DNA of 63,704 bases, counting the filler, from Octopus bimaculoides (taxonomy: Eukaryota), in the NCBI RefSeq assembly GCF_001194135.2. It is 7 parts of 7 records of this genome, joined end to end, with 100 filler letters (N's around TTAATTAATTAA, not from the genome) between each part and the next. Parts side by side here need not be neighbours in the genome. Positions count along the whole stretch, not along the records: positions 20,567 to 40,070 come from NC_068993.1; 6 more parts are not named here. One strand, written 5' to 3'. Below, piece by piece: positions 26,300 to 38,589 of this stretch. Under the pieces are notes generated by a model, which saw only the letters and a list, made by a program, of their open reading frames with translations, was not told where the DNA came from and did no database searches. The position numbers were made by a program, and so were the translations under genes. Positions within the stretch are counted from its first letter, which is position 1; every line of letters starts with the position of its first letter.

Positions 26300-26570
26300 T
26301 AATCTCATTAAAAGAGTAATACTTTAAGAGTATTCCCTGTCTCTATTCTTTTCTGTTCCGCTACTGACGCTATCAACCGACTTGGTAAAAGGGATTGGGC
26401 TTCGATATAAATGCTATGTTGCGAAAATATTGCCCACCACAATTTGCACGTTGCATTTGACGAACAAGTGAAAGCTTTACGACAGAAGGTACATGGATTT
26501 AGCAAATACATTGGTATGAAATTCAAAGTAGAAAAATGCTCCAAGGGAACATTGAAGAGAGGTAAATTAA
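26300..26570 (+). mobile_element. Decayed R4/Dong-like RT fragment
   Basis: KRVIL*EYSLSLFF...GIGLRYKC resembles RGIFQGDSLSPLLF...G.GY, and GFSKYIGMKFKVEKCSKGTLKRGKL resembles FS.DIGM.FGL.KCA...LKRGK. Confidence 0.6.
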
Positions 26571-26879
26571 GAACACATATAATATAGTAAATGAAGAAAC
26601 TAAGATAAAAGAAATGGAGCATACACAGCTCTACAAATACCTAGAACTCAATTAACTGCATGGTATACAGCACACGAAAATAATAGATTTAAAAGCTTTG
26701 CAATATAGATTGAAATGTGAATGAGTCTAAGTAGCGATTGAAGGATATTTTATTGCGGTATAGCATGAAACCCATTATGCCTGATACCATTACAAATGGG
26801 AAATGATGCAAAAAGAAAAAAAAAACAGAATATATTCTTTNNNNNNNNNNAAAAGAAAAAAAAAAACAGAATATATTCT

Positions 26880-27111
26880 TTTATTCTTTTACTTGTTTCA
26901 ATCATTTGACTGCGGCAATGCTTGAGCATCGCATTTAGTCGAGGAAATCGACCGCAGTACTTATTTTTTTGAAGCCTAGTACGTATTATATGAGCCTCGT
27001 TTGACGAACCGCTAGATTACGGGGACATAAACACACCAGTATTTGTTGTCAAGCGATGTTGCGGGGACAAACACAGACACACAAACATGCATACACACAC
27101 ACACATACACA

Positions 27112-27147
<36 letters not shown>

Positions 27148-27264
27148 NNNNNNNNNNNNNNNNNNNNNNNNNNNNNNNNNNNNNNNNNNNNNNNNNNNNN
27201 NNNNNNNNNNNNNNNNNNNNNNNNNNNNNNNNNNNNNNNNNNNNNNNNNNNNNNNNNNNNNNNN

Positions 27265-27303
<39 letters not shown>

Positions 27304-27465
27304 TATAAATGTATATATATATATACGACGGGCTTCTTTCAGTTTCCGTCAACCAAATCCACTCATAAGGCTTTAGACGGCCCGAGGGTATAGTAAAAGA
27401 CGCTCACCCAAATTGTCACGCAGTGGGACTGAACTATGTGGTTGGTAAGCAACCTACTTACCACA
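26880..27465 (-). mobile_element. CORE-type tRNA-derived SINE (family B) with internal (TA)/(TG) microsatellite and 3' module C
   Basis: Head and CORE at 27326-27465, microsatellite and gap in the middle, module C at 26880-27085. The same order is seen at 39365-39722 and 54755-54962. Confidence 0.8.
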
Positions 27466-27489
27466 AATATGTGGGAAATTCTGCCTTTG

Positions 27490-28300
27490 TGTATGTTTCA
27501 GGAGTTGTTAGCTAACTCCTCCTACGGTGTTTTATCGATTTTGTTGAAACTTGACACGTGAGTAGAACTCATGTCTGCCAACCTCATGGCATACTCAGAT
27601 TGATGAAAATGTGATAGTAGGGCCCCTGGAAAGGATCGTTATATATAGCTAGGGAAATACCCCATTTGTTTTCCTAAATTATTTGGTATAAATCAAATTC
27701 AGTATGGTTATTTCTTAGTATTGGAACTGTTAGAGCTATTTTCGCAATTTATCCAGTACAGCCCTTAAACAAGTAAATCGTTTTTTCCTAAACAATAGAT
27801 CCACGTATTTCGGTTAGTTGCTTATTCACGAATATAACACTAGCGCCCCTGAGGGTAATAATTCCTGGGAACGCACAAACGCCTTTTTCAGAGTTATTTA
27901 CTCCGAATTGTTACTATCTCATATCTGATTAGCCTGTTATTACGTAACATGCTCCACGATTTTAGTATACATACCTTATTAGTATTTCCTCAGTTCTATA
28001 GACTCTGGGAACGCATTAAAGCCCTTTTTGGGGCTACTTTATTTGAATTCTTACTATCAGGTAACTAATTTCATGTTATTACATAACTAACTTCACAATT
28101 TAGGTATTTATAACTTATTGGGAATTCCTAAAAATAAGATCCTGTGTAAGGCCGTGTAGTATTCTCTGTAAATGCCCAAAAGCCGTTTTAAGGTCTACAT
28201 ACTTTGTATTGTTGTTATTGGATTAGGGAGACAATTATAAGAATGGAACCAAGAGATAAGCCCCACTTTCCCGGGAACTGCCGTGTAGTACGTCAGCTAG
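27490..28300 (+). mobile_element. Possible non-autonomous Helitron-type element with internal ~150-bp degenerate tandem repeat
   Basis: Ends CCCGGGAACTGCCGTG...CAG-CTAG|T (GC-rich hairpin-like run, then CTAG followed by T). Three degenerate units start near 27856, 28000 and 28157. The 5' TC terminus was not located. Confidence 0.42.
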
Positions 28301-28466
28301 TATATATATATAAATATAAATAAGAGATTGTATTAACCTCATGAAAGAATGGTTTCATTGAAAGAAATACAGGTTCAATACCTCATATTTTGGAGTTATT
28401 AATTTCCTTGAAATAATAGGTATATATAAAAATATATTGTTTATATTCATATAAAAGAACAAGAAA

Positions 28467-28564
28467 ATGGAAATTGAGAAGTTAATAATAGTTTATTAAC
28501 AACAAATCAATCAACATGATTGATTTGTTGTTAATAATAAACAATTATTAATTTTCCAATATCC
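28467..28564. repeat. Long imperfect palindrome with a perfect 20-bp core stem
   Basis: TATTAACAACAAATCAATCA-ACA-TGATTGATTTGTTGTTAATA (28494-28536), with imperfect arms extending about 28 bp further on each side. Confidence 0.85.
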
Positions 28565-28649
28565 ATTTTTTAAACTTTATATATATATATATATATATGC
28601 ATGCGTATATGTGTATACACAGACACACATACACATACACTATAGATAT

Positions 28650-28694
<45 letters not shown>

Positions 28695-29380
28695 CGTATT
28701 GATGAAAGCCCTTATCACAGGAAATTTGATGGTGAGAAGTAAAGATATATTGCAGCGGTATACCTTATGTAAATGTTTTTATAATATCGAATTAGCCATT
28801 CTATCGTCGTGTGTTACTTTACGTTATTCAGTTGTTGTCTTCTACTGTGTTGATATCTGGCATACACTTGTGGCAAATACAGAAACAGTAATTAAAGAAG
28901 AAATTTGTGATTTCCTTTGAGTTTAGTGTGTCAAAGTAGTGAGAATGGTAAACATTGACAGCTTCTAACACAATAAGAGACTAAGTCCTGTACAAGTTGA
29001 TGCCGTTACTAGGCAATTCATGTTGAAAGGACTGGATTCTTCAAGGAGATATATCTCGATGCTTCATTAGACTGAATGCAAGAGACTCGCCAAGCGTTAC
29101 AGAAGACATAGCAAATTGAGTAGCCGTCTATATATGTATGTATTTATGTATGTATGTATGTATGCATGTAAATATTTATGTATGTGCGTACCTATAAAAT
29201 TACATACATATGTATAGTGTATACTCACGTTTGTGTGTATATGTATGGATATTTATTAATATTCATTACCACACCGCTTTTATATATACATATTCAGGTT
29301 ATTTATAATATACTTCTACATTAAGTACTTACAATTTCTGTTATATGTTGATATAATATATATGCACACTCTCTCTCCGA

Positions 29381-29430
<50 letters not shown>

Positions 29431-29567
29431 GGAACATATATATGCATATGTATATATGCATAAATATATTCATAAATATATATTTATATAGATATGTGTA
29501 TAAATATACACACTCATATATATACCTATTCACAAACACACGCACACATACACATATATATTGTATG

Positions 29568-29645
<78 letters not shown>

Positions 29646-30506
29646 CACATGTATATTAATTCTTATGCATATGTATATATGGTTATATCTATATATCTAT
29701 ATCTATCCATCTACTCAATCGTATTTCTTTCTCTCTTTCTCTGTCTGACCGTCTGTCTATCTGTCTATTTCTATGTCTATCGTGCGTGTGGGCGTTTTTA
29801 TGTGTGAATGTGTGTATCTTTCAGTCATTTCTCTTTTATATGTAAGTCTACGTATTGACTTACACAATGATTCTCTTTCTGGTTGGCACTTACAATAAGT
29901 AACGTGTTGTTGGACTTGTAAGGACATAGTATTGTATATCACACAATCATTTCTGAAGTGAACTTAACAATCTATAAGTACTGACGTAGAGTACTCTCAT
30001 GATATAAATGCCTTGATTAGGCGTATTAATATGTACCTTCTGATGTTCATGCATGTCTAATTACTACTTATGTCTAATTTTATCATATAATATAATGTGA
30101 GATAAAATATATATACACGCGCGCGTACATATGCATGTATGCATATGAGTGTGTGTACGCGTATGCACATATACATACATACATACATATGTATGTATAT
30201 GTATATATTGATAGATAGATAGATGGATACATATAGATATATATACCTATAGAGAGAGATAAATACAAACGTGCATCAATGAAGAAGTTCGTGCTGCAGA
30301 CCCATGGCTCAGGTTTCGATTTCGTTGGCTTGTATATTTGGCAGCGGTTAATGTAGACAAGTCATTTTGAGTCAAATCATAACACACACACACACACGTA
30401 TATATATTGATATATACAATTACATACATACATACATATATATACATGATGGCTGTCACATCGCAAACGAGGAAGACCATCAATGCCTATTGCTTATGCA
30501 ATATAC

Positions 30507-30623
30507 CGGCAATGGTCGTGGAGGTGGGTATTGCACACTCGGTCGGCATTATCCCGTGGCTTCCATGTTCACCTTCCTGCTCAAATGGGCATTGGGAAAT
30601 CGCCATACCAACGATTGTGCAAC
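30507..30623 (-). CDS. Weak candidate internal exon (51 nt to 30573, or 117 nt to 30507)
   Basis: GC-rich island with acceptor AAATTTATAG|GTTG and donors GAAG|GTGAAC and GCCG|GTATAT. Both versions are open and phase-symmetric. Confidence 0.22.
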
Positions 30624-30671
30624 CTATAAATTTAGGTCTAATATCATTTGCACAAATATCTGTCTGTCGGT

Positions 30672-30712
<41 letters not shown>

Positions 30713-32164
30713 NNNNNNNNNNGTGTGTCTGCTTGTCTGTCTGTCTACCTGCCTGCCTGTCTGTCTGTCTATTTTACCCTAATTGTACATTTGTACCCTA
30801 TTCTGAACGTCCGTAATTAGCACCAAGTGTTAGGCCGGTGCTATAGGACTAGTTATCGCTTGAAACCGCAGTTTTAATATTAGTGTTACCCCTTCAAGAA
30901 GGATGCTTTAGGAACAGAAGACCCTCGTTCCATACATACATACATACACACACATACATACATACATACATACATACATACATACATACATACATACACA
31001 CACATACATACATACATACATACATACATACATACACACATACATTTATACTTCCAGTTGTCAGTCACGGAGTTATCTGCAATTTTGCTAGGAATAAACT
31101 TTGACTGTTCTGAAGCTATGATTGAAGTCACGTATCTAATGGATTGCTTTGTCTGATCAAGTGGCGGATCATGTGAAGCAATTCGAAAGCCTGAAGAACA
31201 CAGGAGTTCTAGCGCATATTTTCACATGCACATGCATATGTACACAGGCACCTAACTCCGCTGCTGCTGGAAGTGAAGCCGCGTTGAGGAGGAACAAAAC
31301 ATAACAAAAGTAGATGTAATTTTTTGCCATCCTAACTCATACCTTTGAATGGATAAGAGTGCAAAACATACTTTAGCTGTCTCACTGTCTCTTATAAAAT
31401 AACTCTTTTTAATTAGGTCTTTGGTTCTGTCTGTGTTTAATTATTGTTATTCTATCTAAAAAGCCATTAAACTAACGGGTTTTCAGTTCTAATATTATCA
31501 CGTTTTCTCTTAATGTTCCTACACGATTGTAAGCTTTTTGCCTTGTAATCATTTGCTTTTAAGCAACATTATTAACAAATCCCGATGTCCGCCTTTGAGA
31601 GACTGTTGTTATTGTTTTCAATGTTGCTTCCACCGTGGTAATGGTGGTCGTTGTTGTAGATGTTTTAATCTCCATGTCAACCCGAAATGCATAAACCTAT
31701 TAAGAAAATTGATCAAGCTGTGGCCATCTTATATATTTTCGAATGATGCAACGTATCCAAGTGCGCAATATCCCCTATTACTTTAACGTTTAAATTTTAT
31801 ACAAGCCGTAGTATATTATTTGCTGGTAATTTTGCCACACCCTCTAGCAAATAAAGCAACCTTCTCAATCTGAAATATTGGAGATAAATGATAAGGCGTT
31901 TTTTTTTTCTAGTAAGAATGCAATATGATGTGTTTCTGATCAAAATTACCTTTGCTAGTGTCCATGTAGTTTTCCAATGATGATAAATATGCTATGTCAT
32001 GCAAGTATCAAATGAACGCTCAGATCTCAAACGGTTCAGATCTAATTTGATATTCAGACGAAATAATATTGTGTCAATTCTCTGTTGATACCGAGGGATA
32101 AAATGACACTTCAGGTGCTATCTCTTGCATTCCACTGATCCACATGGATATCAAATATTTATTT

Positions 32165-32306
32165 TTTATTGCCCACAGAGAGCTAAACATACAGGAGACA
32201 AAGAGAGACGTAACTGGTACTTATTCAATCGACCCCGAAAGGATGAAAAGCAAAGTCGACCTCGGCGAAATTTGAACTCAGAACGTAACGGCCGACAAAA
32301 TACCGC
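32165..32306 (-). mobile_element. SINE family A, deleted copy
   Basis: Core CGACCCCGAAAGGATGAAAAGCAAAGTCGACCTCGGCG plus a type-i tail. Confidence 0.8.
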
Positions 32307-32497
32307 ATTAATCTATGATTAATGTCACTTATCTATCCGCTACTTTCATTTGATCGAAGGGCGGACTATGTGAAGCGATTCGAAGGTATTAAGAACATAG
32401 CAGTTCCAGCTCTCATGCACATGCGTATGTACACAGGATCCTAACTCTGTTGCTGTTATGGGTGAAAACACTCTAAGAAGGAACAAAACATATCAGA

Positions 32498-32565
32498 AAT
32501 ATTTACATTATTTACATTTGACGGATATGTGTCCTGATCTTGACGGATATGTGTCCTCATCTTCA
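32498..32565. mobile_element. Short terminal piece of the Penelope-like repeat seen at 39778-39910, with a ~20-bp local duplication
   Basis: TTTACATTATTTACATTTGACGGATATGTGTCCT is shared with 39781-39815. Confidence 0.6.
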
Positions 32566-33222
32566 GAAATAGTTAGATATTAGACAAAAAATATCAACGA
32601 AGGAAGCCCAAGAAAAGATCAAATGCATATTTTGATGCAATATAACCTGCACTGAACAGTAGTTAACTTGGACACAGGAAAAGTAAATGCTGACAAATAA
32701 ATAACTGTAAATCTAAGGTGGAAATAAGACGCAGCTCCCAGATACAACTTTGAATGACGAAGTAGCAACAATACAAAACGCAATGGCCACCCTCGTATAG
32801 ACAAATATAAATACCACCAGATTAAATTTATAGTACACCAGATTAAATTTAAAGGAATGTGGGCCCTCGCTCGGATCTTCTCAAATGGAAATTCGAAAAC
32901 GAGAGTAAATAAGATGGAAAATATCTATAAAAAAATAATAGATAATGTACACAAAAATCTCACAATCCTTCATGGAATCAATAACAAAAGCTCAAAACTG
33001 GAAAAGGAAAATGATAAACTGAGAGTAAATTATTGGACATTAAAGGATGCCTAAAGCGTTATGTTCTCACTTAATCATACAGAAATTAAGTGTTATAAGA
33101 AAGGATAACGATTTTTGTGTACAAATGAAGGGTTTGGACTCCATCCCTAAGAAATAGATGAAAACAAAATAAAAGAAATCAATGCAACCCTAATATGCAG
33201 AGGATTAATATTATTACGAGTG

Positions 33223-33600
33223 AAGGCGCAATGGCGCAGTGGTTAGGGCAGCGGACTCGCGGTCATAGGGTCGCGGTTTCGATTCCCAGACCGGGTGTTG
33301 TGAGTGTTTATTGAGCGAAAACACCTAAAGCTCCACGAGGCTCCGGCAGGAGATGGTAGCGAACCCTGCTGTACTCTTTCACCACAACTTTCTCTCACTC
33401 TTACTTCGTGTTTCTGTTCTGCCTGTAATTCGAAGGGTCAGCCTTGTCACACTGTGTCACGCTGAATGTCCCCGATAACTACGTTAAGGGTACACGTGTC
33501 TGTGGAGTGCTCAGCCACTTGCACGTTAATTTCACGAGCAGGCTGTTCCGTTGATCGGATCCACTGGAACCCTCGTCGTCGTAAGCGACGGAGTGCCACC
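33223..33600 (+). mobile_element. tRNA(Arg)-like-derived SINE, full length (OR-type), tail type 2
   Basis: A box TGGCGCAGTGG and B box GTTTCGATTCC; 5' ~170 bp shared with 1517-1835. A 16-bp TSD AATATTATTACGAGTG lies at 33207-33222 and 33601-33616. Confidence 0.92.
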
Positions 33601-34454
33601 AATATTATTACGAGTGGATGTATGGGTAACAATTACATGTGTTTGCTGGTAATAAAGAACGCAAAATTTGAACTTGTTTTGTTGGGTGGCGGTATGAATA
33701 CTGGGAGAAGTATATATATATATATATATAAGAAAACAAAGAGGTGGGAGTTACCAGAAATGAAGCTGTCACAAATATCTAGTTAAAATGTTTCTTCTGC
33801 AAGAATGTGTATTAAAGATGTATGCAGAAGGAGTTGGATATAACGCTTAAGTGGTTTGTCGAGGGGAATACTATTTCAATACTATATTCAGCATAAAAGC
33901 TACAGAAACAGCGAAGACTAAAATTTACAGAGCCATGACATGATTTTCGACAGCTTAGAAAGACCATTAACTGCAATGATATAGTAAAAAATAAAATAAA
34001 CTACTAGGAATATTTTTATTTTCATTCCCTTTGAAATTACCCTTATTCGTGGTTTCAACTGCCCTTTCTAGCATGTAAGTTGTCCTGTTAAAGGTCACCT
34101 CTTTTGTGTATAAATACATAAATTATTGTACACTATATATATATATATATATATNNNNNNNNNNNNNNNNNNNNNNNNNNNNNNNNNNNNNNNNNNNNNN
34201 NNNNNNNNNNNNNNNNNNNNNNNNNNNNNNNNNNNNNNNNNNNNNNNNNNNNNNNNNNNNNNNNNNNNNNNNNNNNNNNNNNNNNNNNNNNNNNNNNNNN
34301 NNNNNNNNNNNNNNNNNNNNNNNNNNNNNNNNNNNNNNNNNNNNNNNNNNNNNNNNNNNNNNNNNNNNNNNNNNNNNNNNNNNNNNNNNNNNNNNNNNNN
34401 NNNNNNNNNNNNNNNNNNNNNNNNNNNNNNNNNNNNNNNNNNTATATATATACA

Positions 34455-34600
34455 CGACGGGCTTCTTTCACTTTCCGTCTACCAAATCCACTATAGCCTC
34501 GGCCCGAGGCTATAGAAGAAGTCGCTTCTCCAAGGTGCCACGCAGTGGGACTGAACCCGGAACCATGTGGTTGGTAAGCAAACTACTTACCTCACAGCCA
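34455..34600 (-). mobile_element. CORE-type SINE family B, head plus CORE
   Basis: Reverse complement: TGGCTGTGAGGTAAGTAGTTTGCTTACCAACCACATGGTTCCGGGTTCAGTCCCACTGCGTGGCACCTTGG... Confidence 0.88.
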
Positions 34601-34729
34601 TATATATATATCTACACGCACGCACGCACGCACGCACGCATCCCCCCCCACACACACAGAGGCATGACAGAAGTAAATAGACATGCTTATAATCGTTAAA
34701 ATATGTTTAAATTCATAAATTGTTATAAT

Positions 34730-35774
34730 GTGAATATTTGATATTTAGTAAACATTTTCTTTGCATTTTTGAATGCATGGTCCTGATTCAGCATGTTACA
34801 ATGAGATGACGAATATTCCCTAGAGGGGAATATTCATGCAGTAATCTCAAAAGATCTGGCTTTGAAGATGAATTCTTGCTCCTTTTATGACGTCTTCTGA
34901 TCATTATTCCCTAGGCGTGTTCAATAGGGTTCATACTTGGTGACTTGCTTGGCCATGGAAGCTTTTTAATACCATTCTCATCCGACAAATTTTGGGTCAA
35001 TTCAGCCGTGTGAGAAGGAGCCTTATCTTCCATAAATGAAGATAGGGCATCTTTAAACATTTCACTAGTGGGGAAGATTGGAAGGAGTTCTTCCTGCAAT
35101 ACGGACACATATGTAGANNNNNNNNNNAGTGGGGAAGATTGGAAGGAGTTCTTCCTGCAATACGGACACATATGTAGATGAGTTTATATTTCCCTCACAC
35201 TCCATCAGCTCTGATCAACCATTGCTCCAAATTGCTCCCGAGACCATCACAGAATATCTGCCATGTTTCATCGATGGCTGCAATCTTTTCATGTCAAATT
35301 CTCGATCACAGAGTTCCCAGACCCGGATTCGACCACTGGCAGAAAATACAACTTTGAAATCATTAGAGAATATGACACTGTCCAAAATTGCTAGTGGCCT
35401 TTCCACCGTTTCACTGGCCCAATCTATTCTCCGCTTGATATTGGCTGTTCGAAGAAGTGTCTTCCTTCTTGCAGCTCTAACATAGTAACCAAGTTGCTGG
35501 AGATAACTGACAGCCATTCAGGGACTGACATCAATGTGTTCTGCTATGTCAGAGGCCTTGCAATGAGAATTATCCTTCATACATCTCTTTACAAAAATGA
35601 AGGGGCCTGTAAGAGTGCTCTGGTCTACCGGGTTGAGGAGATATGGATTCCTTCCTCTCTCTGGTCAAATGCTATATTCCAAGATTTTCTGCAATACTAT
35701 GTTATGTACACCTTCAGATTGCCCCCCCAATATGGCCTCTTTGAAATTCAAACAGTTTCCAAGCTTCTTTTGTG
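34730..35774 (-). mobile_element. Tc1-family (DD34E) transposase pseudogene; 5' end lost in the gap
   Basis: In order on the minus strand: PGRP, RAARRKTLL, VIFSND, MKHGRYSVMV, EDKAPSHTA...PWPSKSPSMNPIE (34 residues between D and E), terminal FTKY. Several stops and frameshifts. Confidence 0.88.
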
Positions 35775-36339
35775 NNNNNNNNNNNNNNNNNNNNNNNNNN
35801 NNNNNNNNNNNNNNNNNNNNNNNNNNNNNNNNNNNNNNNNNNNNNNNNNNNNNNNNNNNNNNNNNNNNNNNNNNNNNNNNNNNNNNNNNNNNNNNNNNNN
35901 NNNNNNNNNNNNNNNNNNNNNNNNNNNNNNNNNNNNNNNNNNNNNNNNNNNNNNNNNNNNNNNNNNNNNNNNNNNNNNNNNNNNNNNNNNNNNNNNNNNN
36001 NNNNNNNNNNNNNNNNNNNNNNNNNNNNNNNNNNNNNNNNNNNNNNNNNNNNNNNNNNNNNNNNNNNNNNNNNNNNNNNNNNNNNNNNNNNNNNNNNNNN
36101 NNNNNNNNNNNNNNNNNNNNNNNNNNNNNNNNNNNNNNNNNNNNNNNNNNNNNNNNNNNNNNNNNNNNNNNNNNNNNNNNNNNNNNNNNNNNNNNNNNNN
36201 NNNNNNNNNNNNNNNNNNNNNNNNNNNNNNNNNNNNNNNNNNNNNNNNNNNNNNNNNNNNNNNNNNNNNNNNNNNNNNNNNNNNNNNNNNNNNNNNNNNN
36301 NNNNNNNNNNNNNNNNNNNNNNNNNNNNNNNNNNNNNNN

Positions 36340-36379
<40 letters not shown>

Positions 36380-37336
36380 ATATATACGTATATATGTATA
36401 TATATACATATATATGAATATATACCGAGTTATACATCATAAGTGTTTATGCTTCTGCGTGTGTGTGTTTGCATGTGTGCGTGAGTGCGTATGTGTGTGT
36501 GTGTGTGCATGTGTGTATACAGTGAAGACATACAATTATGAAATGTTTACTACTGACTGCAATACGCAAACCCCGTTAATAGTATCACTTATTTTTCATA
36601 TTCTCTGTTAATAATCCGTTACATATCGTACACATGTACGTATGCAGTTCATGTGTATATGAATATATGTATGTATGTCTATACCTATATATATGTCTAT
36701 ATAGACATAGGTCTATACCTATATATATGTCTATACCTATATATATGTCTATACCTGTTGTCATACGCATGGAAAAACTTGAAAGAAGCATACTTGTTGC
36801 TGATAACAACCTTAGAATCAGCCGCAAAATATATTAACAACTACATCGGAAAATACTTGTGATCTAGTGGATATATCTATCTGTAGCAATAAAAACATAG
36901 GAACATGCGTATATNNNNNNNNNNNNNNNNNNNNNNNNNNNNNNNNNNNNNNNNNNNNNNNNNNNNNNNNNNNNNNNNNNNNNNNNNNNNNNNNNNNNNN
37001 NNNNNNNNNNNNNNNNNNNNNNNNNNNNNNNNNNNNNNNNNNNNNNNNNNNNNNNNNNNNNNNNNNNNNNNNNNNNNNNNNNNNNNNNNNNNNNNNNNNN
37101 NNNNNNNNNNNNNNNNNNNNNNNNNNNNNNNNNNNNNNNNNNNNNNNNNNNNNNNTATATATATATATATCCATATATATATATATATATATATACACGG
37201 TAACATACACAAACACAACACGCTCGCAGATATAAACGTAGATGTATAGACACGATTTGCATATAATTATACATCAATATGTGTTTGCGAGCGCACCTGT
37301 GCATATACATGCATGCATCAGTCTGTGAGTGTTGTC

Positions 37337-37379
<43 letters not shown>

Positions 37380-37536
37380 CATGCATGTATACCTTATAGA
37401 GTTACCTATATATTATGAAGCAATTTCCACTCGTATTATGAACAGGTATGAAGGTATATATTTGAGAAGATGAACAAAAACTATAAGCAGTTAAAAGCAA
37501 ATTCATATCATGCATTTACACGCATACACACATGCA

Positions 37537-37582
<46 letters not shown>

Positions 37583-38589
37583 TACACATAGATATATACT
37601 GTTGTATATTACCATGCATCAACACACGCAATTATACAGTAAGATACAACATAAAAATGTACACACACACACGTGGACAATGACATGATAATATAGAGGG
37701 ACACATATCTTCAAACAATGGGAAATATGCAAGCATATCATTACATCTATTTAGAAGAACATGTATGCATAATTATACATTCACAAAATATAATAAACGG
37801 TGTTGGAGTCAGGTGTATTTACACCCAAATGCTGTGAAGACTTTTTTCTTCAGGAAAACATTGACGCATCGCATGTATAAACACAGAAATAATGCCTATG
37901 TACACGCGCCAGAACATGTGTATGCGCAACAGTATGAATTTAAAAGGCAGGCATGTATGTGTACACACATATAGACACACACACACACATATGTGTATAT
38001 CTATTTATCTATATATATGCATATATGTATATATATTTATCTCTCTCGCTCTCTCTCTATCTATCTATCTGGTTCTCTATCTCTTTCTATCTATATATAT
38101 CTTTGTGTGTGTGTGTGAGAGAGTATGCATATTTACACAAATTTTGGGGAAAAATATATTTGTATGTATGCATTCAAGTAGGAATTGATACGTTACTGTA
38201 TACATACATGCACACCGACGCAAGCACACACAACTAAAATATATGGAGTGTATATCATGTTATTGTATATTTCATTATATTCTTTTATGTTATATTCAAA
38301 GCATCTTTCAGTTTCTTGTTCTCGGTTTTGAGGTGAACTCCAATAACCAGGTAGTTCGTACAATATAAACATAGTCTCTAAGCGTAAAAGTAAAATTATG
38401 CAAGACATTTCTCAAGTTCACAATCTCACATGTTTAGTTTTTGGTCTGTATACACACGGTAAGACTCTGTATCTTTGTTGCCGGAAATTTTATATAATTT
38501 AAAAACTAAAGAAGACATACATACCTTCATGTTAGCTGTACCAATAAAAGTTTGTTTTCAAGCTCTTTTTAATCATATGTGTTGGTGGA

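Noticed and set aside
33223-33300. tRNA gene calls for SINE heads (also 1760-1835 and 63600-63679)
   Set aside because: A and B boxes are present, but there is no acceptor stem or Pol III terminator, and each continues into a SINE body.
32700-33960. Possible LINE ORF1/APE endonuclease or GIY-YIG relic around the 33.2-kb SINE
   Set aside because: Only scattered 3-5 residue resemblances (for example RKQRGG) with many stops; cannot be distinguished from chance.
35066-35178. ~50-bp direct repeat inside the Tc1 relic; likewise 26811-26880
   Set aside because: The copies flank a 10-N gap, which indicates unmerged contig overlap.
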